IMG/VR virus record: IMGVR_UViG_3300025309_000012
Direction: 5' to 3' (one strand)
Length of the DNA: 64,000 nt
From: an uncultured virus (IMG/VR IMGVR_UViG_3300025309_000012)
Taxonomy: Duplodnaviria > Heunggongvirae > Uroviricota > Caudoviricetes
Below the pieces are notes generated by a model. The model was not told the origin of the DNA. It worked only from the letters and a program-made list of their open reading frames with translations, and made no database searches. Shown piece after piece: positions 30,428 to 37,164 of the stretch; positions within the stretch are counted from its first letter, which is position 1; every line of letters begins with the position of its first letter. A program made the translations under genes and the position numbers.

Positions 30428-30894
30428 TATTTTCCTAAATATTTTTTAAATATATTTAAAATTTCAGATGTATTTTGCTTTAACTGTGGTCTCAAAAATG
30501 GCCTTTTAGCAGAATACCATGTCAGGCCCAACTCATGTCTGACACCGTTATCATTTGTAGTTCCAACTCTCCCAAAAATTGCTTGGATATTGTTACCATA
30601 AATAATTGGGCTTATTTTGCTATCTCCACTTTCTGCCCCACCACTTTCTCCCCCAGATGTCACCCAAGAAATAGACCCGTTCAAATCACCAGTATCTGGA
30701 GCAGGAGGAACACCAGGGACAGAAGCTTGATGCAAACCTTGTCCTGGGACTTTAGATGGCCACATTCTGCCCGTACCTTCAATCATAGAATCTCTAACAT
30801 TAGCTGTCACGGCGACACAGCTTTCTTTAATTGCTTCTTCGCCAATAGTTTTAACAGCAGCCAAAACCTTGTCGTCAAACCAAACAGCTTTCAT
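30427..30894 (-). CDS. HK97 gp10-like neck protein
   Basis: HQASVPG.PPA.DTGDL..SI, ELG...KRPFLRP. Confidence 0.8.
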   Translation of the reverse strand: MKAVWFDDKVLAAVKTIGEEAIKESCVAVTANVRDSMIEGTGRMWPSKVPGQGLHQASVPGVPPAPDTGDLNGSISWVTSGGESGGAESGDSKISPIIYGNNIQAIFGRVGTTNDNGVRHELGLTWYSAKRPFLRPQLKQNTSEILNIFKKYLGK

Positions 30895-31208
30895 TCTACT
30901 TTCTTCAATTCTAATGATAGCGTAATATTCTTATTGGCGAGATTATCTACAAAATTTATTTGATATAATATACCATCACAAAATGCCCTATCTTTCTCTG
31001 TTACAACAATATCTTTTGGAAAATCACAGTTAAAATAATGCGTAGAAATAGTTTTTGTCGAATCGTTGACAAATCTTTCCCTGGCTTTAAAAGCAATAAG
31101 AGTCCCTTTTAAAGTCTTAATGCCATACCAAGACGTTGTGTAACCACCCATTCCATCAGAAACAGATGTCTGTCTATGTATTTCTAATTTGACTTTATGG
31201 CCAACCAT
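30891..31208 (-). CDS. head closure protein (SPP1 gp16-like)
   Basis: SDGMGG...W, TH, DR, Y.I..V. Confidence 0.8.
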   Translation of the reverse strand: MVGHKVKLEIHRQTSVSDGMGGYTTSWYGIKTLKGTLIAFKARERFVNDSTKTISTHYFNCDFPKDIVVTEKDRAFCDGILYQINFVDNLANKNITLSLELKKVE

Positions 31209-31210
31209 TA

Positions 31211-32368
31211 CTATACCTTGCGTTTTTTATATCTTTCAAGAATCATTTTAGCTTCTTTTGGAAAATCTCCAGCTTCAAAAACAGATAAAACAGAATTATT
31301 ACCAACCCTATATTGAGTTAGGCCAAACCCATCTTCATTCCTTCTATTGTAAAAATACTTCACCAATATTTTTACCGCCAGTTGCAAATTTTTCGGCATA
31401 TTGTCAGCAGAATACCCAGCAGTATAATCAACATAGATATTTCTAAAACCTTCTGGCCATCCACCAAATTTCCGAATTTGAGCTTTATCTAAATCAACAT
31501 AAAAACTATCTTCATGATCGTCTGTTTTATATAAATCAACCCAATTACTGTCTATCACATTTAGCCCATACACAGGAATCAATTCTGTGGACTTAACGCT
31601 ACCGTAGACAGACGAAAGAATTTCTGCTTCCCATCCATTGCCTAAGGCGTTAATCGCGGCTACAACAGCCGTTACAGTAGTATTAGAGGCAAATGTAACA
31701 GAAGTATCGGCAGTACCATCTAAAACAAGTCTTAACCCAGTTGTAGTAACAGAGACAGTTGCTGTTGATGTTGAGTTAGTGTTTCTGACTTTCATTACTC
31801 CAATTATCCATACCGCAACTCTATCTACTGCTGTTATGGGATAATTGTTTAAATTAATTATAGAACCGCCGCTACTATCGTACCTTTCCAATCTATAACT
31901 TGTTTCTTCAAATACGCGTCTACAATAATCAGAAACAAGTCCTTCAACATCTTCTCTGATTATATCAACTATCAGAGTTGGATCTCCGGCTTCAATATCT
32001 GAGACTATAGTTTGAGCCGCACTTTTATTGCTATCAAGTCCAAGTGTAAGTCCGGCGTCAGAACTTGTATGAGTATAAGCAATTGTCTTGCCCGTTCCAG
32101 CATTTATAGTAAAAAGTCTTGTTGTAGAAGAATATGATACAGCAAATGTTATTACACCTGTGCCGGTCAAAGTAGTGTTTGCGTTCATTTGAGTCTGAAG
32201 ATGAGAGGCTAGCCCAGATCCATCATATGTACCATCACTCAAATCTATATTTACTGGACCACCACTAGAACTAGTAAGATTAAGAGTGTTATTCGCTTTA
32301 GTTATTGTAAAATATCCTTTATCAATATCTAAAAATGTAAGACAATCATCTAAACTTACAATGGCCAT
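31211..32368 (-). CDS. head-tail adaptor (gp6/gp15-like) enlarged by Ser/Thr-rich insertions
   Basis: IVSLDD..TFL, YCRR.F, YTAGY...P..L.LAV..LV...YN.R; 385 aa. Confidence 0.7.
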   Translation of the reverse strand: MAIVSLDDCLTFLDIDKGYFTITKANNTLNLTSSSGGPVNIDLSDGTYDGSGLASHLQTQMNANTTLTGTGVITFAVSYSSTTRLFTINAGTGKTIAYTHTSSDAGLTLGLDSNKSAAQTIVSDIEAGDPTLIVDIIREDVEGLVSDYCRRVFEETSYRLERYDSSGGSIINLNNYPITAVDRVAVWIIGVMKVRNTNSTSTATVSVTTTGLRLVLDGTADTSVTFASNTTVTAVVAAINALGNGWEAEILSSVYGSVKSTELIPVYGLNVIDSNWVDLYKTDDHEDSFYVDLDKAQIRKFGGWPEGFRNIYVDYTAGYSADNMPKNLQLAVKILVKYFYNRRNEDGFGLTQYRVGNNSVLSVFEAGDFPKEAKMILERYKKRKV

Positions 32369-32380
32369 AATTTTACCTAA

Positions 32381-32695
32381 TTATTCTTGATCTACAAATT
32401 TATTATAAAGACTCATGTGCTCTTCAGTCAAAAAATCTTTTTCTTTACAAACTTTTAATCTGCCTTTAATTATATTTAAAACATTTTTAGGAATATAAAA
32501 TTCTTTTTCAGAATCATTAGTCCATTTAACTTCTCCATCTTCTTGATGGGTTATTGAGTACAAGTCATGCTCATCTTCAGTAAAAGACAAATATCTTAGA
32601 CAATCTTGATACATACCATAAATAGTCATGTCCACTTCTTGAGGCAATAAATTTAAAAGCAAGATCCTATCAAAAACACTCAACTTAATCAACAT
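32381..32695 (-). CDS. hypothetical protein
   Basis: 104 aa ORF with GGGAGAG RBS. Confidence 0.55.
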   Translation of the reverse strand: MLIKLSVFDRILLLNLLPQEVDMTIYGMYQDCLRYLSFTEDEHDLYSITHQEDGEVKWTNDSEKEFYIPKNVLNIIKGRLKVCKEKDFLTEEHMSLYNKFVDQE

Positions 32696-32716
32696 TTAAA
32701 TCTCTCCCGTCTAAAG

Positions 32717-33109
32717 TTATGGCGAAACTGAAATCGTGACTTTCTTTTCAGGGTTAACGTAGAAATTGATTGGCTTAATGATACGGTCATGAGCCACCCA
32801 TTTTACCTCAGTTGAATAATCACTTTCGTAACCATAGACATCATAAGCTGTGGCGGCGAAATAATAGGTTGTTCCAACAACAAGATCCCCTACTGAGCCC
32901 TCAACATGACCATCCACCATTGTGCCCATTTTCTGGTCAACATCTAAAGTGTATTTTTTTGACGCTGTGCCATAGTAGATCTTATACCCGGCAAGGCTGG
33001 TCTCTGCATTTGGAGACCAAGAGAACCTTGCCTCGGCAGCAAAAGCATAACTGGATAAGAATAAAACAAAAATAGTCGCAAAACAAATTTTCTTTAACAT
33101 AATTTTCAC
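32717..33109 (-). CDS. fibronectin type III domain protein with N-terminal signal peptide
   Basis: FATIFVLFLSSYAFA; W..N....LAGYKIYYG...TTYYFAATAYD..G.ES.YS.E. Confidence 0.8.
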   Translation of the reverse strand: MKIMLKKICFATIFVLFLSSYAFAAEARFSWSPNAETSLAGYKIYYGTASKKYTLDVDQKMGTMVDGHVEGSVGDLVVGTTYYFAATAYDVYGYESDYSTEVKWVAHDRIIKPINFYVNPEKKVTISVSP

Positions 33110-33717
33110 CTTGGATTAAATCTCTCCCAATATGTTTGATCTATTTCAATTGTACCTAAATGTTTGTTATCACAACCGGTATCACAATATATTTTATATC
33201 CAGCCTGTTTAGCCTTTAAACAAAATGCAAAATCTTCACTTACAACACCGTCGCCAAACCTATAATTCATTTCGAACCAAGGATAATTAATTTCTTTAAA
33301 AACACTGACATCAACCAATAATGAAGCAGCTCCAATAGCATCTACTTCAATTAATTCATTTTTATTCCATTGTATTATATTCTTGAATTTATCACCATCT
33401 TGTTCGAATATAATTGGGTCATATGGATAAGAACGCCTAAAAGATAAACCAGATACAATATCTTTATCATGTGACAATAATTTAAGGATGGTATCGGAAT
33501 GATGTCTATGATCTGTATCAAGGAACAATATATGGCTAAATGTCCCATCTTTAAGAACGGCATGAATTATTGAATTTCGTTGATCGTCTACTCTTCCCCT
33601 ATTCCCAATTATTACACTATGTTGGGGTTTCTTCAACTCTATCCATGATTCAAAAAATTTGGTCGATAAAAAATCCCAGTTGCAAGGAAGACCAATGGCG
33701 ATGTTAATATTACCCAT
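33106..33717 (-). CDS. GT-A fold glycosyltransferase (GT2-like), paralog 3
   Basis: SHILFLDTD, GAASLL, PWF, SEDFAFC, KHLG. Confidence 0.8.
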   Translation of the reverse strand: MGNINIAIGLPCNWDFLSTKFFESWIELKKPQHSVIIGNRGRVDDQRNSIIHAVLKDGTFSHILFLDTDHRHHSDTILKLLSHDKDIVSGLSFRRSYPYDPIIFEQDGDKFKNIIQWNKNELIEVDAIGAASLLVDVSVFKEINYPWFEMNYRFGDGVVSEDFAFCLKAKQAGYKIYCDTGCDNKHLGTIEIDQTYWERFNPR

Positions 33718-34445
33718 TACAAACACCAGCTAATTGCTAGTTCCGGGAAGTTTAATTTATGAGGCAATCCTTCTCTTATAATAAATTTATCTCTTGCTAA
33801 TGCTGCATCTTTAGCAGTTTTAAATGTTGTTTTGTTAAATACTGTCTTCCCATCATTTCTTACAATTGCAGAAAAAGATTTTCTCTCCGGTTTATAAGAC
33901 ACCCCACAATATCCAGAAGTGTTATTCGACTGTAATAATCTTTTATTAAATCCATTCTCTCTTATAGTTATAAATCTACAATTCCAAGGAGCATAAGGAC
34001 CATCATTATCGATTCGATCTAATTGAAGACCTTCTTCCCATCCATTATTTAAACACCAATCATTAAACACGGGGAATTCAAACACCCATTCACTACATAC
34101 ATAAATTCCACGCCCACCATAACTGTCATACGATCCATTATTCACATTTGAACATCTACTATTGATATGTTTCCAAAGTGAATAAATTTTATTCCTTGAT
34201 TTTCTTCCACCCATCCCATGAATTGTGGATCTCTCTACTAATTTCTCTATTTTAAGACAGCCGCAAGATTGTGATTTCCCACTCCTCAAAACTTGTAAAT
34301 TAACTAATTTAATTGTCTCTTTATCACATAAACATTTTACAACGACTAGCCTACCTTGCCTCTGACTATATGGCAAATCAGCATAAATTACAACCCATCT
34401 TCCATAAACGCATCCCAAAACATATTCTTTTACATTATTACTCAT
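33717..34445 (-). CDS. HNH homing endonuclease with AP2-like C-terminus
   Basis: SQSCGC, YGGRGI.VC.EW, LDRIDNDG.Y.P.NCRF, NTSGY.GV; ATG after AGGAGG. Confidence 0.85.
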   Translation of the reverse strand: MSNNVKEYVLGCVYGRWVVIYADLPYSQRQGRLVVVKCLCDKETIKLVNLQVLRSGKSQSCGCLKIEKLVERSTIHGMGGRKSRNKIYSLWKHINSRCSNVNNGSYDSYGGRGIYVCSEWVFEFPVFNDWCLNNGWEEGLQLDRIDNDGPYAPWNCRFITIRENGFNKRLLQSNNTSGYCGVSYKPERKSFSAIVRNDGKTVFNKTTFKTAKDAALARDKFIIREGLPHKLNFPELAISWCL

Positions 34446-34470
34446 AGTATTCCTCCTATACAATCCATAA

Positions 34471-34531
34471 TATATTGAGAGAAGAGGTGGATTAAATCTC
34501 TTGTCGGGTGCGCTCCCTATCCCTCAATATA
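34471..34531 (-). ncRNA. putative structured leader motif, copy B
   Basis: P1-UA-P2-GACA-P3-P1'; loop AAUCCA complementary to downstream UGGAUU. Confidence 0.6.
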
Positions 34532-34539
34532 ACTATATT

Positions 34540-34857
34540 CTAACTTGCGTAAACCACTAATCCTTTGATTACATGGAGATTTGTTACGGCACCACTGGCA
34601 AAATCAGCACCAGCAGTTGAACCGACTGTATAGGCTGCTACATTTAAACTTGTCCCCATATCGGCTGAACCCACCACGATCAGTTTATCAGCGGACTGAT
34701 CCCAAAGCATGTATTTGCCAGTAGTATCGCCATAACATTTAAAATCCAAACCAGTAGCGTCTTCCCCTAAAACAATACCAGTTGTTGCACCAGTACCTAC
34801 TTTCTTAAAAATTAGGCTTCCACTTGACCATTCTGATTTAACTAAAGTAACGGGCAT
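34540..34857 (-). CDS. small virion protein (head fibre/decoration-like)
   Basis: Gly/Thr-rich, strong RBS, downstream of capsid genes. Confidence 0.5.
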   Translation of the reverse strand: MPVTLVKSEWSSGSLIFKKVGTGATTGIVLGEDATGLDFKCYGDTTGKYMLWDQSADKLIVVGSADMGTSLNVAAYTVGSTAGADFASGAVTNLHVIKGLVVYAS

Positions 34858-34908
34858 AATTATATCCTCCTAATCCATACAAATGTTTATCAGCGGTGGT
34901 TCCGCATT

Positions 34909-35130
34909 CTACTTCTTATTCTTGCCTTTCTTAACTTTTGGGTCTTTTACCATCTTATCTTTTATCGGAAAGTCTAACGACTTATTCTCTATTTTAGAAT
35001 CGAGAATAACAACGATACCTTTACTTTCCAAATCCAATGCTTTCTGTTTTAATATAGTCATTTTCATTGGGGCTTTATTCCCCATCCACTCCCCAATGAA
35101 TTCTACTTTTACATATTCTAATTTATTCAT
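34909..35130 (-). CDS. small basic head-region protein
   Basis: A..L...G and DKMVK..K.K pattern common after capsid genes. Confidence 0.5.
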   Translation of the reverse strand: MNKLEYVKVEFIGEWMGNKAPMKMTILKQKALDLESKGIVVILDSKIENKSLDFPIKDKMVKDPKVKKGKNKK

Positions 35131-35148
35131 TTTCTCCCTGCTTTAAAG

Positions 35149-35180
35149 ACAAAGCTTGAGTGAAATATCTCAAGCTTTGT
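35149..35180 (-). terminator. 12-bp hairpin after capsid-associated gene
   Basis: ACAAAGCTTGAG / CTCAAGCTTTGT. Confidence 0.55.
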
Positions 35181-35193
35181 TTAAATCAATAAA

Positions 35194-35679
35194 TTAAACA
35201 ATGGCTGTTGGTTTTACTTCTTGGATAATCTTACCACCACCAAGAATACATACAATTGTCCCATCTACTGGGTCATCAGTAGTTTCATCAGTGGCGAGCC
35301 TTGCATATTTATCAGTACCAGAAAGTCTAGAACTATCGATCTCAATCGCATAAATTTGGTCGCTACCAGCAGTAGTTGTGAACCCATACGCAGTAGCTGT
35401 CTGCATATCAGACCAAGTATCACCACTAGTACAAGTCCAATAATTAAATGCTACAGTTGTCGCAGTTGAAGGCGTAACATCATCACAACTTTCAACACTG
35501 ATACGTGCAACACCAGTAGAACCAGCCGCTTTTTGAATTACCCAAAGACACTGTTCGTATTTGCCAAGATTAACAATATCCGTATTAGGACTACCATTAA
35601 ACAAATCCTCATAAGCTGCTTGACTAGCACTAGGCATGGCGTTTACAACATGAACATTCTGAAAAAGTCTTCCACCCAT
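35194..35679 (-). CDS. capsid decoration/cement-like protein
   Basis: beta-rich 161 aa protein directly after the MCP, GGAGG RBS. Confidence 0.55.
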   Translation of the reverse strand: MGGRLFQNVHVVNAMPSASQAAYEDLFNGSPNTDIVNLGKYEQCLWVIQKAAGSTGVARISVESCDDVTPSTATTVAFNYWTCTSGDTWSDMQTATAYGFTTTAGSDQIYAIEIDSSRLSGTDKYARLATDETTDDPVDGTIVCILGGGKIIQEVKPTAIV

Positions 35680-35733
35680 AATTTATACCTCCATATTTAT
35701 ATTATAAAATTATACCCCCTACGATATTAATAA

Positions 35734-35803
35734 AATGTGGAAGCTAAGACGGGAGATTTCTTAGCTTATCAACTTTAGTTTAAAACCAAAGCCTATCCAC
35801 ACT
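35734..35803 (-). ncRNA. putative structured leader motif, copy C
   Basis: P1-UA-P2-GAUA-P3-P1'; loop CUCCC complementary to downstream GGGGG/GGAG. Confidence 0.55.
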
Positions 35804-35810
35804 AATATTA

Positions 35811-37091
35811 TTAACTTCTTGAAGTAATTACAATAAACGGAGAAATTGTGTCAGAACTGGCCTCTGGAGGCACCAATGCCTGCGGCATCCAGCTTTGACC
35901 AGCAACGTAAAAGCGCCACCGATATGCCATCTGATCAACGTCGAATTTTAGGTGCATAGAAGTGTCAAAACCAATACCACCATCACCACTAAGCATACCG
36001 AGTAGATACTGTTTCATGTCAGCAAGAATCAAATCGCCAGCAGTGCCTAAAGCTTTTGCATGGTGGCTAAAAACAACAGGGAGCCCAAACAACGTATTAT
36101 ACGGTTTCCCACTAGCCCCACCCGCTGGCATAAATACAGGGACACCAGCGGTGCCTACAGTTAGAGACATGCTTGCAAGCTGAGGAAGAGTATTGGGGTT
36201 GGCAATCCAAACAGCATTAGATGGATTAATGCAACGCGCATACATTTTAATAACATTTTCCCAAACAATGGTCGTAGCTGGTTGACCAGTCTCAGCAGTG
36301 ATAGAGACAAGACAAGGGGCAGAGAGTAACCCCTGTGGCTGGCCAGCGCCAGTACCTTTAAGGATAACCCTGTTCATTTCATAATTAAAACCATCAGTAA
36401 ACCCTTCACGCAATATATTCTCCATACTCATAGGAGAAAAGCGAAGAATTTCATCACTAGCATAGGCAAGAGCTGTTACTTTATGAAGATTTAGATTAAT
36501 ATAACCAAACTTGATATTCTTTTCAGTAAGAGACCCTTCCTCTTCAGTCCATTGCCAAGCAACGTTACCATATACCAAGTTCCCAGATTTATCGAAACCA
36601 TTGACATAAGGAATTTTTACAGAATTTGACTGCATAGGAATTTGAGTACACCGACCCATCAACTCATTCTGTTCTTTAGCCGCAACAAGAAGGTTTTGCC
36701 GAAATTCTTCAGGAACCAGATAACCACCGGCTTCGCCGTCACCAACATTCTGAGAAGGAGAACCAGCAGCTTTAATGGTTGCACAATTATCTTCCCATTT
36801 AGAAAGTTCTGGAGAGAGTTTACGATATCCAGACTGAGCAGCTTTAGCAACATCAGTTGCAAAGTGGGCAAGTGTTTTAAACCCAGCCTTCTTATCTTTT
36901 TCTGCTTCACTCTGACCAACCACAATACGTTTTTCAATCGGCTCTACTGCGGCTTTAATTTTTGCATCAATTTCAAGAGCAAGCGATTCTTTAAACTTAA
37001 GAACAGCGCCTTCAACTACGGAAGCAGCACCCTTGCTGATAACTTCATTAAGTTCATCAATAGTCATCTTACTTTTAGTTTCTTCAGCCAT
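35811..37091 (-). CDS. major capsid protein, HK97 fold
   Basis: GGYLVPEEF, W..E, S.EIL, GTGAGQPQG, LFGLPV, GDLILAD. Confidence 0.95.
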   Translation of the reverse strand: MAEETKSKMTIDELNEVISKGAASVVEGAVLKFKESLALEIDAKIKAAVEPIEKRIVVGQSEAEKDKKAGFKTLAHFATDVAKAAQSGYRKLSPELSKWEDNCATIKAAGSPSQNVGDGEAGGYLVPEEFRQNLLVAAKEQNELMGRCTQIPMQSNSVKIPYVNGFDKSGNLVYGNVAWQWTEEEGSLTEKNIKFGYINLNLHKVTALAYASDEILRFSPMSMENILREGFTDGFNYEMNRVILKGTGAGQPQGLLSAPCLVSITAETGQPATTIVWENVIKMYARCINPSNAVWIANPNTLPQLASMSLTVGTAGVPVFMPAGGASGKPYNTLFGLPVVFSHHAKALGTAGDLILADMKQYLLGMLSGDGGIGFDTSMHLKFDVDQMAYRWRFYVAGQSWMPQALVPPEASSDTISPFIVITSRS

Positions 37092-37164
37092 TTTATTTTA
37101 TCCTCCAAATTTTATTTTATGTTTAATAATCGCCTAATATCTCTTGTATGATATCTCTAGCAAT

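Noticed and set aside
34893..34905. GCGG-AACCA-CCGC hairpin in a late-gene leader
   Set aside because: It is a single 4-bp stem with no second copy, too weak to call.
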